Source: Alphaproteobacteria bacterium (GTDB lineage: Bacteria > Pseudomonadota > Alphaproteobacteria > UBA828). Taken from it: DNA of 64,000 nucleotides. Within the stretch, counting starts at the first letter, position 1. Each line of letters begins with the position of its first letter. Shown here piece after piece: positions 18,020 to 27,884 of this stretch. The notes below the pieces were generated by a model. That model searched no databases and was not told the origin of the DNA. It was given only the letters and a program-made list of their open reading frames with translations. A program made the position numbers and the translations under genes. The DNA is taken from positions 704,001 through 768,000 of the forward strand of contig CBDCQT010000012.1 of the NCBI GenBank assembly GCA_965220745.1, written 5' to 3'.

Positions 18020-18445
18020 TTAGGGGCTTACCAGGAAGCCCTGAATAAAGAGAAGGTCCGCTCAGAAAAACAGAGATTCTGGTTAAGATGGGCAGCCGTT
18101 AGCTTTGCGGCCTTCATTATCATCTTCCTTTTGGCGATAGTAGGAGTCCACACCTTCTCACCGGCGTTCTCCCCAGAGCGGAGTTGCTACTTACCGCCCT
18201 GTGAGGAATATAGTGAGATCCCGCATGCATTACTGATCTCGTCTCCCATCGTCGCTGCGACGGCGATCACCATCTTTCTTCTGATCGGCATATTCCAGGG
18301 CTTCAAGCCCAAAGATATGGAAGCCTCCCCAGCTCAGGCCATGAGCCGAAGCGCGGCAAGCGGCACTTCAGGTGGCTTCGCTTAGTCTCAACCACCTGAC
18401 CCGACTCAAGCGGAGAATGGCTAGCCAAGCGTATAAGTCTCCAAT

Positions 18446-18512
18446 TTTCTTTGCAATCCCGGCCCAGCAGCCCGCCTTCTGGGGAGGCCGGTGGCGAAAA
18501 CGGACGGGGAAC
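18446..18512 (+). repeat. Imperfect ~70-bp direct repeat, right copy
   Basis: Matches 15636-15704 and marks the return to high-GC DNA before ispH. Confidence 0.8.
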
Positions 18513-18637
18513 CCGCATGTTGTCGGAATCGTGGGTCTGCGATAGGGTGCAGCAGTGGCTCCGGGCGCGGAGTCGACGGTTCCGCCCTGAGCACCTCCGA
18601 GATTGAGCGAGGGCCTAACGTGGGCGACAGCGGCAGC

Positions 18638-19615
18638 ATGCAGGTCATCCTGGCGGAGCCCAGAGGCTTCTGCGCGGGCGTCGAGCGGGCAATCGAGATC
18701 GTCGAGCGGGCGCTCGAAGTCTTCGGCCCGCCGGTCTACGTCCGCCACGAAATCGTGCACAACAAGCGGGTGGTGGACGACCTGCGCAAGAAGGGCGCGG
18801 TCTTCGTCGAGGAGATCGACGAGGTGCCGGAAGGCGCCGTCACCATCTTCAGCGCCCACGGCGTCTCCGAGAAGGTGGAGAGCGAGGCGACAGGCCGGAA
18901 CCTGCCGGTGATCGACGCCACCTGCCCGCTGGTGGCCAAGGTGCACATCGAGGCCAGGCGCTACGAGCGCGAAGGCCGCGAGATCATCCTGATCGGCCAC
19001 GACGGGCATCCGGAGGTCGAGGGCACCAGCGGGCGCGTGAAGAACGGCGTCCACATCGTGGCGACGCCGGCCGACGTCGCCAAGCTGGAGGTGGCCAACC
19101 CCGACAAGGTCGCCTATGTCACCCAGACCACGCTCAGCGTCGACGACACGCGGGACGTGATCGAGGCGCTGACCTCGCGCTTCCCCAGCATCTCCGGCCC
19201 CGACGTGAAGGACATCTGCTACGCGACGCAGAACCGCCAGGCCTCGGTGCGCAAGCTCGCAGAAGACGTGGAGCTGATCCTCGTCGTGGGCGCGCGCAAC
19301 AGCTCCAACTCCAACCGCCTGCGCGAGATCGGCGAGGAGATGGGCGTGCCGACCCACCTGATCGACGACGCCCGCGACCTGGACCCGACGTGGTTCGACG
19401 GCGTGCGCCGCGTGGGCGTGACCGCCGGCGCGTCGGCGCCGGAAGAGCTGGTGCAGGACCTGGTCGCTCGGCTGCGCGAGATCAACGCGGTCGAGCTGCA
19501 GATCCAGGACGGGATCAAGGAGCGGGTGCGTTTCAAGCTGCCGGCCGAGCTGGTCGAGGCAAGCGGCAACGGCAAGGCGCAGGAGCCGGCTGCCGGTGCG
19601 GCGCCCGCCGAGTAG
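18638..19615 (+). CDS. ispH: 4-hydroxy-3-methylbut-2-enyl diphosphate reductase
   Basis: [48 protein letters not shown]. Start may instead be GTG 18620. Confidence 0.95.
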   Translation: MQVILAEPRGFCAGVERAIEIVERALEVFGPPVYVRHEIVHNKRVVDDLRKKGAVFVEEIDEVPEGAVTIFSAHGVSEKVESEATGRNLPVIDATCPLVAKVHIEARRYEREGREIILIGHDGHPEVEGTSGRVKNGVHIVATPADVAKLEVANPDKVAYVTQTTLSVDDTRDVIEALTSRFPSISGPDVKDICYATQNRQASVRKLAEDVELILVVGARNSSNSNRLREIGEEMGVPTHLIDDARDLDPTWFDGVRRVGVTAGASAPEELVQDLVARLREINAVELQIQDGIKERVRFKLPAELVEASGNGKAQEPAAGAAPAE

Positions 19616-19621
19616 AGGCTC

Positions 19622-20794
19622 ATGTCCGTCCCGCTGATCCAGAAGGTTCGCGTCGGCGCCTATATCGTCGGCAAGAAGCTCGCGGGCGAGAAGCGCTATC
19701 CGCTGGTGCTCATGCTGGAGCCGCTGTTCCGCTGCAACCTCGCGTGCCCCGGCTGCGGCAAGATCGACTACCCGGCGGAGATCCTGAACCAGCGCCTGAG
19801 CCTGGACGAGTGCCTGCAGGCGGTGGACGAGTGCGGCGCGCCGATGGTCTCGATCCCCGGCGGCGAGCCGCTGATCCACCCCGAGATCGGCGAGATCGTC
19901 TCCGAAATCATCGCGCGCAAGAAGTTCGTCTATCTCTGCACGAACGCGCTGCTCCTCAAGAAGAAGCTCGATCTCTTCACGCCGACCAAGTACCTGACCT
20001 TCTCGGTCCACCTCGACGGGCTGGAGGAGGAGCACGACCACGCGGTGGATCAGCCCGGCACGTTCAAGCGCGCGGTGGCGGCGATCAAGGAGGCGCGGAG
20101 CCGCGGCTTCCGCGTCAACGTGAATGCCACCGTGTTCGACGGCCATCCGGCGGAGCGGCTTGCGGAATTCTTCGACTTCGCGACGGACGAGCTGGGGGTG
20201 GAGGCGATCACGGTCTCGCCCGGCTACTCCTACGAGCGGGCGCCCGACCAGCAGCACTTCCTCAACCGCAGCAAGACCAAGGCGCTGTTCCGCGACATCT
20301 TCGCGCGCGGCGCGGGCAAGAAGTGGCGCTTCAGCCAGTCCAGCCTGTTCCTGGACTTCCTGGCCGGCAACCAGGATTTCCAGTGCACGCCCTGGGGCAA
20401 TCCGACCCGCAACGTCTTCGGCTGGCAGAAGCCCTGCTACCTGATCGGCGAAGGCTATACCGGGAGCTTCCGCGCGCTGATGGAGGAGACCGACTGGGAC
20501 TCCTACGGCACCGGCCGCTACGAGAAGTGCGCGGACTGCATGGTCCACTGCGGCTACGAGCCGACCGCGGCGGAGCACTCGCTGGCCCGGCCCTGGGCGG
20601 CGCTGATGGTCAAGCTGCGCGGGATCAGGATCAGCGGGCCGATGGTGCCGGAGATCGACCTGACCAAGGCGCGGCCGGCCCAGTACATGTTCGACCGGCA
20701 CGTGCAGGATAAGCTGCGCGAGATTCGCCTCGCCGAAGAGGCGGCGTCAGAGGTCCGCGAGAAGGGGCGCCAACCGGCGACCAACGCGGCGTAG
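19622..20794 (+). CDS. hpnH: Adenosyl-hopene transferase (radical SAM)
   Basis: RYPLVLMLEPLFRCNLACPGCGKIDYP, CTPWGNPTRNVFGWQKPCY, KCADCMVHCGYE. Confidence 0.93.
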   Translation: MSVPLIQKVRVGAYIVGKKLAGEKRYPLVLMLEPLFRCNLACPGCGKIDYPAEILNQRLSLDECLQAVDECGAPMVSIPGGEPLIHPEIGEIVSEIIARKKFVYLCTNALLLKKKLDLFTPTKYLTFSVHLDGLEEEHDHAVDQPGTFKRAVAAIKEARSRGFRVNVNATVFDGHPAERLAEFFDFATDELGVEAITVSPGYSYERAPDQQHFLNRSKTKALFRDIFARGAGKKWRFSQSSLFLDFLAGNQDFQCTPWGNPTRNVFGWQKPCYLIGEGYTGSFRALMEETDWDSYGTGRYEKCADCMVHCGYEPTAAEHSLARPWAALMVKLRGIRISGPMVPEIDLTKARPAQYMFDRHVQDKLREIRLAEEAASEVREKGRQPATNAA

Positions 20795-21529
20795 CCGGCG
20801 CATCGCCTGCGCGCCGTCGAGCGCGAGCGTCAGCATATCCATGCATTCCCACGGGCGCCGCAGCAGCGCGCCCGCGACCGCGCCGCCATTGACGCGGCCG
20901 TCCTCGGTAACTCCGACAATGGCCGCTCGCGGAAGCGCTCGGTTGCTCGGGTCGCTGACGACGCGGACCACGACGAAGGGCACGCCGGCTGCCGTCGCAG
21001 CGCGGGCGACGACGTGGCTCTCCATGTCCGCAGCCCTGGCGCGGGTCAGTGCGAAGAGCGAGAGCTTCTGGTCGCCGTACGTCAATGGGTGGTCCACGCC
21101 GGCGAGCGCGCCGCCTTCGGCGCGTTCCCCGAGACCCTGGGAAAGTATCTCGCGCACGGTGGCATCCACCGGCAGGTAGTCCTCCTCCGGCGGCGGCTCC
21201 GGCGGGCCTCGCCCCTCCTCTCGCCTGAAGGAGGTCATCCGCTGGAGCTGGTCGCGCACGCCGCCTCGGTCGGGCGCCTCGACCTCGCCCTCGTGAGCGA
21301 TCACCGACTCGGGAAGCAGCAGGGTGCCGGGGCCGAGACGCGGGTCGATCCCGGCGGCGAGGCCGTAGCTCACCAGCAAGCGCACGCCGCCCGCGACCAT
21401 CGCATCGGCCGCCTGTGCTGCCCGCGCAGGGTCGGCCGCCGAGACGGCGATCCGGAAATCGTCCTCGGGCAGGGTCGCGGCCTCCGCCACGAGGCCCGTG
21501 ACGATGCCGATGCGGGACCGGTCAGCCAT
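20747..21529 (-). CDS. hpnG: Hopanoid-associated nucleosidase/phosphorylase
   Basis: IGIVTGLVAEA, SYGLAAGIDP, AADMESHVVA, VVRVVSDP; lies downstream of shc. Confidence 0.8.
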   Translation of the reverse strand: MADRSRIGIVTGLVAEAATLPEDDFRIAVSAADPARAAQAADAMVAGGVRLLVSYGLAAGIDPRLGPGTLLLPESVIAHEGEVEAPDRGGVRDQLQRMTSFRREEGRGPPEPPPEEDYLPVDATVREILSQGLGERAEGGALAGVDHPLTYGDQKLSLFALTRARAADMESHVVARAATAAGVPFVVVRVVSDPSNRALPRAAIVGVTEDGRVNGGAVAGALLRRPWECMDMLTLALDGAQAMRRLRRVGRRLAPLLADL

Positions 21530-21551
21530 CTGCCTCCGGTCGTCTGGGTTG

Positions 21552-23543
21552 CTACATGCCGTGGCGCGGGCGGTGGTCGTTGCCGCGCGTGAGCGAGCGG
21601 TAGCGCGCCAGCGCCCAGAGCGGGAAGTAGGCGCTGTAGCCGTGGTAGCGGAGGTAGAAGACGCGCGGGAAGCCGACGGCGGTGTAGTCGTCCTCCAGCC
21701 ACTTCGCGCCCTCGCGCTCGGCGCCGCAGAGATAGTCGATGCCGCGCTGCACCGCGTCGCTCCGCACTTCGCCCGCAGCCATGAGCGCGAGCAGCGCCCA
21801 CGCGGTCTGCGACGGGGTCGAGACCACGTCGAACGCGGTCTCGATGCGCTCGGCATAGTAGCTGTCGCCGGTCTCGCCCCAGCCGCCATCGGCGCGCTGC
21901 TTGGCTTCGAGCCAGGCGACCGCCTTGCGGACGGCGGGCGAGGCCGGGTCTTCGCCGGCGGCGTTCAGGGCGCAGAGCACCGACCAGGTGCCGTAGATGT
22001 AGTTGGTGCCCCAGCGGCCGAACCAGGAGCCGTTCTCCTCCTGCTCCGCGAGGAGATAGGCGAGCCCCTTGGCGACGGTCTCGTGCTCGCGCGAATAGCC
22101 GATCTGACAGAGGAAGCTCACGCAGCGCGCGCTGACATCGGCGGTCGCGGGGTCGAGCAGGGCGCCGTGGTCGGCGAAGGGAATGTGGTTGAGCGCGTAG
22201 TGCTCGTTCTCGGCGTCGAAGGAGCCCCAGCCGCCGTTCTCGTTCTGCATGGCGATGATCCACGCGGCCGCCCGCTCGATCGCCTCGCGGTGCGCCTGGG
22301 GATCGGCGCGGTGGAGCGCCATCGCCACCACCGCCGTGTCGTCCACGTCGGGGTAATGGTCGTTGCGGTACTGGAAGGCCCAGCCTCCCGGCAGGGCGTC
22401 CGGCCGCATGGCGGCCCAGTCGCCCGCGAGATCGCAGATCTGCAGGTCGGCGAGCCAGGGGAGGGAATCGTCCGCCGCGCGGCGGTCCTGCTCACCGTCG
22501 CACTCCATGAGGCTCAGCGCAGCGAGCCCCGTGTCCCAGACCGGCGAGACGCAAGGCTGGCAGTATTGGCTGCCGTTCACCGGCTCGGTCAGCAGCAGGT
22601 CGAGCGCGCGGCGGGCGGTGCGGCGCGGCGGATGATCGCGCCCGTAGCCCAGGGCATCGAAGGCCATGACCACGTTGGCCATCGGCGGGAAGATCGCGCC
22701 CAGGCCGTCCTCGCCGTTGAGGCGCGTCATGCACCAGTCGAGCGCCTTGTCGATCGCGCGGCGGCGCACCCTGCCCGGTATCGCCTTCTCGCCGACCGTG
22801 AGCGCACGGTCGAGGGTAAGGAAGGACCACTGCGTGAGGGTCTCCCTCGGGAAATAGTGCCATTCCTGCTCCGGCGGGGTCGTGAACAGCTCCGCGATGC
22901 CGACGCCCCGCGGGTTCTTGGCGCGAGGCTTGAGCGCGAGCAGGATCGTGAGCGGCACGATGGTGGTGCGCGACCAGTAGGAGACCTTGTCCAGGTGGAA
23001 GGGGAACCAGCGCGGCAGCTTTATGATCTCCACTGGCATCGCCGGCGCGGCGCGCCACGGCACCTGGCCGAAGAGTGCGAGCGTGATCCGCGTGAACACG
23101 TTGCAGCGCGCGGCGCCGCCGGCGGCGAGCACGGCCTCGCGGGCGCGCATCATGTGCGGGGCGTCAGGGGCGTCGCCGATCAGCTTGAGGGCGTAGTAGG
23201 CCTTGACGGTGCAGCTGATGTCGAACGCGCCGCCGTGGAAGAGGGGCCAGCCTCCGTGTTCGGCCTGGCGGCTGCGGATGTAGGTGCCCAGACGTGCCTC
23301 GGTCTCGGGATCGAGCTCGTCGAGGAAGTGGTTGAGGAGGACGTACTCCGCCGGGATGGTCGCATCGGCCTCGAGCTCGAACAGCCAGTGGCCGTCGTCG
23401 TGCTGGAGGCCGCGCAGGCCGGCGGCGGCATCCTGGATGACCTGCTCGATGTCGGGGGAGGAAACGGGGCCGTCCTGACTGTCCGACGGCTGGCGGACGA
23501 TGGTTTCACTCCGCCGGTCCGGGCCGACGCGCGCAACCTCCAT
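21552..23543 (-). CDS. shc: Squalene-hopene cyclase
   Basis: FELEADATIPAEY, DVDDTA catalytic motif, QW repeats (QNENGGWG, QEENGSWFGRWG), TAVGFPRVFYLRYHGY. Confidence 0.96.
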   Translation of the reverse strand: MEVARVGPDRRSETIVRQPSDSQDGPVSSPDIEQVIQDAAAGLRGLQHDDGHWLFELEADATIPAEYVLLNHFLDELDPETEARLGTYIRSRQAEHGGWPLFHGGAFDISCTVKAYYALKLIGDAPDAPHMMRAREAVLAAGGAARCNVFTRITLALFGQVPWRAAPAMPVEIIKLPRWFPFHLDKVSYWSRTTIVPLTILLALKPRAKNPRGVGIAELFTTPPEQEWHYFPRETLTQWSFLTLDRALTVGEKAIPGRVRRRAIDKALDWCMTRLNGEDGLGAIFPPMANVVMAFDALGYGRDHPPRRTARRALDLLLTEPVNGSQYCQPCVSPVWDTGLAALSLMECDGEQDRRAADDSLPWLADLQICDLAGDWAAMRPDALPGGWAFQYRNDHYPDVDDTAVVAMALHRADPQAHREAIERAAAWIIAMQNENGGWGSFDAENEHYALNHIPFADHGALLDPATADVSARCVSFLCQIGYSREHETVAKGLAYLLAEQEENGSWFGRWGTNYIYGTWSVLCALNAAGEDPASPAVRKAVAWLEAKQRADGGWGETGDSYYAERIETAFDVVSTPSQTAWALLALMAAGEVRSDAVQRGIDYLCGAEREGAKWLEDDYTAVGFPRVFYLRYHGYSAYFPLWALARYRSLTRGNDHRPRHGM

Positions 23544-23548
23544 GGGCG

Positions 23549-25462
23549 TCAGGCGCGTTGCGGCAGGGTGGCCGAATTGCTGCCGAGAGCGCCGAGCGCG
23601 GTGTCGACGATGTCGCCTGCGGTAAGGCCCGCGTCCTCGTACATGCCGGCGGGCGTCCCGTGGGCCACGAAGCGGTCGGGCAGGAGCATCGGCCGGATCT
23701 TGAGGCCGGAGTCGAGGAAGCCTGCCGTGGCCAGGAACTGCATGACATGCGCGCCGAAGCCGCCGATCGAGCCTTCCTCGATGGTGATCACCACCTCGTG
23801 CTCCCGCGCCAGCCGGCGGATCAGGTCTTCGTCCAGCGGCTTGGCGAAGCGGGCATCGGCGACGGTGGTGGAGAGCCCACGCGTCTGCAGCTCGTCGGCC
23901 GCAGCCAGGGCCTCATGCAGGCGGGCGCCGAGGGAGAGGATCGCAATGGCCGTGCCCTCGCGGACGATCCGTCCCTTGCCGATCTCCAGCATCTTGGGCG
24001 TCTCCGGCAGCGGCACGCCCACGCCCTCGCCGCGCGGATAGCGGAAGGCGCTCGGGCAGTCGTCGAGCTTCGCAGCCGTGTGCACCATGTGGACGAGCTC
24101 GGCCTCGTCCGCCGCGGCCATGACGACGAAGCCCGGCAGAGTCGCGAGATAGGTGATGTCGAAGCTGCCGGCGTGCGTGGGGCCGTCGGCGCCGACCAGG
24201 CCGGCGCGGTCGATGGCGAAGCGGACCGGCAGTTTCTGAATCGCGACGTCGTGCACGATCTGGTCATAGGCGCGCTGCAGGAAGGTGGAATAGATCGCGG
24301 CGAAAGGCCTGAGCCCCTCCGTTGCCATCCCTGCCGCGAAGGTGACGCAGTGCTGCTCCGCGATGCCCACGTCGAAGCAGCGCGTGGGGTGTGCCTTGGC
24401 GAACTTGTCGAGCCCGGTGCCCGACGGCATGGCGGCGGTGAGCGCCACGATCTTCTCGTCGCGGTCCGCCTCCTTGATCAGGCTCTGGGCGAACACGGCG
24501 GTGTAGCTCGGCGCCCTGGGCTTGCTCTTCTTCTGCTCGCCCGTCACCACGTCGAACTTGCCGAGCGCGTGGCCGCGGTCCGGCGCGTTCTCGGCGGGCT
24601 CGTAGCCTTTGCCCTTGCTGGTGACGACGTGGAGCAGCACGGGCCCCGGCGTCTCGTCCTTGCGCACGTTGCGCAGCACCGGGACTAGATGGTCGAGATT
24701 GTGGCCGTCGATCGGCCCGATGTAGAAGAAGCCCAACTCCTCGAAGAGGGTGCCGCCGGTGACCATGCCGCGGGAATACTCCTCGGCCCGCATCGCGGCA
24801 TCGCCCATCGCCTTGGGCAGTCTGCGCGCCCACTGCTTGCCGAGCTCACGCAGGCTGCGGAACTGGTGGCTGGAGAGCAGCCGCGAGAGGTAGGCGTTGA
24901 GCGCGCCCACCGCCGGCGCGATCGACATCTCGTTGTCGTTGAGGATGACGATGAGGCGGGGTGGCATCGAGCCCGCGTTGTTCATCGCCTCGTAGGCCAT
25001 GCCGCCGGACATGGCACCGTCGCCGATGACGCAGATGACGTTGCGCGCTTCGCCCGTGAGCTCGCTCGCCACCGCCATGCCGAGGCCGGCGGAGATGGAG
25101 GTCGACGAGTGCGCCGCGCCGAAGGGGTCGTACTCGCTCTCGGTCCGCTTGGTGAAGCCGTAGAGCCCGCCCGGCTGGCGGATGGTGCGGATGCGTTCGC
25201 GCCGCCCGGTGATGATCTTGTGCGGGTATGACTGGTGGCCCACGTCCCAAATCAGGCGGTCGCGCGGGGTGTCAAATACATGGTGGAGGGCCACCGTCAG
25301 CTCGACCACGCCAAGCCCGGCGCCCAGATGGCCGCCGGTCACCGAGACGGCGTCGACGGTCTCGGCGCGAAGCTCCTCGGCAACCTTCTTGAGTTCCTTG
25401 ACCGAGAGGCTGCGCAGGTCTTCGGGGCTCTTCACGCGGTCCAGATGCGGCGTCTCCGGCAT
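23549..25462 (-). CDS. dxs: 1-deoxy-D-xylulose-5-phosphate synthase
   Basis: [60 protein letters not shown]. Confidence 0.96.
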   Translation of the reverse strand: MPETPHLDRVKSPEDLRSLSVKELKKVAEELRAETVDAVSVTGGHLGAGLGVVELTVALHHVFDTPRDRLIWDVGHQSYPHKIITGRRERIRTIRQPGGLYGFTKRTESEYDPFGAAHSSTSISAGLGMAVASELTGEARNVICVIGDGAMSGGMAYEAMNNAGSMPPRLIVILNDNEMSIAPAVGALNAYLSRLLSSHQFRSLRELGKQWARRLPKAMGDAAMRAEEYSRGMVTGGTLFEELGFFYIGPIDGHNLDHLVPVLRNVRKDETPGPVLLHVVTSKGKGYEPAENAPDRGHALGKFDVVTGEQKKSKPRAPSYTAVFAQSLIKEADRDEKIVALTAAMPSGTGLDKFAKAHPTRCFDVGIAEQHCVTFAAGMATEGLRPFAAIYSTFLQRAYDQIVHDVAIQKLPVRFAIDRAGLVGADGPTHAGSFDITYLATLPGFVVMAAADEAELVHMVHTAAKLDDCPSAFRYPRGEGVGVPLPETPKMLEIGKGRIVREGTAIAILSLGARLHEALAAADELQTRGLSTTVADARFAKPLDEDLIRRLAREHEVVITIEEGSIGGFGAHVMQFLATAGFLDSGLKIRPMLLPDRFVAHGTPAGMYEDAGLTAGDIVDTALGALGSNSATLPQRA

Positions 25463-25707
25463 GGCTCCCTCTCCCAGTCGAGTCACCGTTCGGCCCGTCG
25501 CGCGACGCGATTCTCACGAGACCAACATGACAACCGTACTACAAAGGACATGGGCGTCAATCGACCTGTCATAGGCCGCCGTCGTGAGTGCGTGAGCGCG
25601 ATTTGGACCAGCCTCGGGCCCTATAATTGCACCATGCACCGCCTTGGGGAAGGCGATCCGGCGATGTATCCTAGGGTCTCGTCCAAGCCCTTGAGCCAGC
25701 CCCAAAA

Positions 25708-26886
25708 ATGCGAAATGTCGACGACGATCCCCCGGTCATCACGCTGAGCGCAGGGCCCGTCGACGCGTATCCGGTCGTCCTGCGGGCGCTGTCGCGGCCC
25801 GTCACCTACGACTTCGACCCCTCATTCCAGAATTTTTATGAATCGACGGTCCTGAAGACTGCCGAGTCGCTGCGCACCGCGTTGCCGCCGGTGATCCTGA
25901 TGGGCGAGCCGGTGCTCGGGCTCGAAGCCGCCGCTGCCGCCCTGATCGGCGCCGACGACGCGGTGCTGAACCTCGCCTCCGGCGAGTACGGCAAGGGCTT
26001 CGGATTCTGGGCCGCGCGCCATTGCCGGGAGCTGGTCGAGATCGTGGCGCCCTACGACGACGCCATCGATCCGGACGCGGTCAGCGACATGTTGAAGGCC
26101 CGGCCCGATATTCGAATCCTCTCCGTCTGCCATCACGACACGCCGTCGGGCACGGTCAATCCCGTGCGCGAGATCGGCGCGATCTGCCGCGATCACGACG
26201 TGCTGACCATCGTGGACGCAGTCTCCTCCTTCGGCGGAATGGACGTTCACCCCGAGGACATCCACGCCGACATTTTCGTGACCGGCCCCAACAAGTGCCT
26301 CGGCGGCAGCACTGGGCTTTCCATTGTCCACGTCAGCGAGCGCGCCTGGGCGAAGATCGATGCCAACCCCGCCGCGCCGACGGACTCCGTGCTGAGCCTC
26401 AAGGACTGGCGGGATGCCTGGCGTGCCGATGTTCTGTTCCCCTACACGCCCTCCGTCTCCGAGGTCCACGCGCTGGACGCGGCGGTCCAGAACTATCTCG
26501 ACGAGGGGCCGGAGGCGGTGTGGGCGCGGCACGCGCTGACGGCGCGCGCCTGCCGCGCGGGCGTGCGCGCCATGGGTCTCGAGCTCTGGCCCGTGCGCGA
26601 GTCGATTTGCGCCGACACCGCGACCACGGTGCGGGTGCCGGAGGGGCTGGAGGACGCCGCGATCCGGCAGGCGGCACGCCGGCTCTACGGCGTGGTCTTC
26701 TCCGCAGGCCGGGGCTCGCTGCTGGGCAAGCTGGTACGGATCGGCCACATGGGGCCGGTGGCGCGGCCGATCTTCGCGACCGTGGCCGTGACTGCGCTCG
26801 GCGGCGCGGTCGCTGCGCTGGGGAGAAAGGCCGACGTGGGGGCCGGGGTCGAGGCTGCGCTCGCGGTGATCGACGGCGCGGGCTAA
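25708..26886 (+). CDS. ppaT: Pyridoxamine-pyruvate transaminase (class V aminotransferase)
   Basis: Closely follows the Mesorhizobium loti enzyme as recalled: PVITLSAGPV, GEPVLGLEAAAA, CHHDTPSG, DAVSSFGG, TGPNKCLG, RIGHMGP. Confidence 0.8.
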   Translation: MRNVDDDPPVITLSAGPVDAYPVVLRALSRPVTYDFDPSFQNFYESTVLKTAESLRTALPPVILMGEPVLGLEAAAAALIGADDAVLNLASGEYGKGFGFWAARHCRELVEIVAPYDDAIDPDAVSDMLKARPDIRILSVCHHDTPSGTVNPVREIGAICRDHDVLTIVDAVSSFGGMDVHPEDIHADIFVTGPNKCLGGSTGLSIVHVSERAWAKIDANPAAPTDSVLSLKDWRDAWRADVLFPYTPSVSEVHALDAAVQNYLDEGPEAVWARHALTARACRAGVRAMGLELWPVRESICADTATTVRVPEGLEDAAIRQAARRLYGVVFSAGRGSLLGKLVRIGHMGPVARPIFATVAVTALGGAVAALGRKADVGAGVEAALAVIDGAG

Positions 26887-27872
26887 ATCCCCGGTAGCAC
26901 CTCGCTACCGAGAATCTCCAGCTGCGTCGGCAGCTCTTCGGACGGCACGACGCAGAGCACGACCTTGGTCGCGCCCGCGTCGAACAGCGCCTCGACGCCG
27001 CTGCGGCAGTCGGCCGGCCGGCCGGCGACCGCGAGCCAGTCCAGCCACTCGTCCGGCATCCCGGCCTCGATCGCCGCAGCCCCGCCCTTGTCGATCAATC
27101 CAACGAGCGCGTCGTTGGCATCGTAGACGCCGGTGATCAGCGTCGGGCCCATGGCCCCAAGATAAAGGGCGATCAAGGGGCGCACCTTGGCTCGAGCGGC
27201 GGCACGATCCTCGCCTACGCTGGTGATGGCATAGGTGACGAGTTGGAAGTCCTCCGGCAGCCCGTGCGCCCGCCGGACCTTCGCAATCCGCTCCCGCACG
27301 GTCGCGACGTAGCGCGGGCCCGCCATCGCGGAGAGCACCATCCCGTCGGCAATCTCGGCGCAGAGATCGACCGATTTAGGCCCGACGGCGGCGCCCAGCA
27401 CCTGAAGGTCGGGCGCGGGATGGGTGAGCGAGACCGCATCGTAGCCGTAGTAGGCGCCGGTCTGCGTGAGGGTCTCGCCCGCGAACAGGCGCTTCACGCC
27501 GGTGATCGCCTCGCGCATCGAGCCCAGCACCGATTTCGGCGTGAGGTGCATTTGCGCAACCCAGAGCGGCACGCCATGGCCGATGCCGAGGGTAAAGCGG
27601 CCCGGATAGGCGTTCGCCAGTGTTGAGGCTTCCATGGCGGTGACGGCCGGATGACGCGCCCGGTTGGAGACCGCGCCGATGCCCACGTCCACTGCTTCGG
27701 TGGCCTGGAGCGCCATCGCGGCGCTGGCGAAACCCGACAGCATGAAATAGTCCTCGGCGAACCAGAGGTCGGAGAAGCCGCAGCGTTCGACCTGCCGACT
27801 CAGGCTCACAATATCGGCGGGCGCGACGTCGCCGAGGATGAAGACGCCCATGGGGCGGGAGGCGGTGGGCAT
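26883..27872 (-). CDS. LLM-class flavin/F420-dependent oxidoreductase
   Basis: GFSDLWFAEDY, RHPAVTAMEASTL, GRFTLGIGHG, AAVGPK..EIADG. Confidence 0.85.
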   Translation of the reverse strand: MPTASRPMGVFILGDVAPADIVSLSRQVERCGFSDLWFAEDYFMLSGFASAAMALQATEAVDVGIGAVSNRARHPAVTAMEASTLANAYPGRFTLGIGHGVPLWVAQMHLTPKSVLGSMREAITGVKRLFAGETLTQTGAYYGYDAVSLTHPAPDLQVLGAAVGPKSVDLCAEIADGMVLSAMAGPRYVATVRERIAKVRRAHGLPEDFQLVTYAITSVGEDRAAARAKVRPLIALYLGAMGPTLITGVYDANDALVGLIDKGGAAAIEAGMPDEWLDWLAVAGRPADCRSGVEALFDAGATKVVLCVVPSEELPTQLEILGSEVLPGI

Positions 27873-27884
27873 GGATGTCGCTCC

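Larger units (their letters stand above)
16325..18385 (+). pseudogene. Putative 2-TM Panacea-partner toxin split by IS1380 (16325-16403 joined to 18024-18385)
   Basis: Removing the IS and one TTAG copy restores a single 146-aa frame that overlaps the Panacea stop (ATGAGTGA) and has two hydrophobic helices. Confidence 0.75.

Noticed and set aside
15636-18512. CRISPR array or integron attC sites
   Set aside because: Only two imperfect copies 2.8 kb apart, no spacer periodicity, no cas or intI gene, and no RYYYAAC/GTTRRRY ends.
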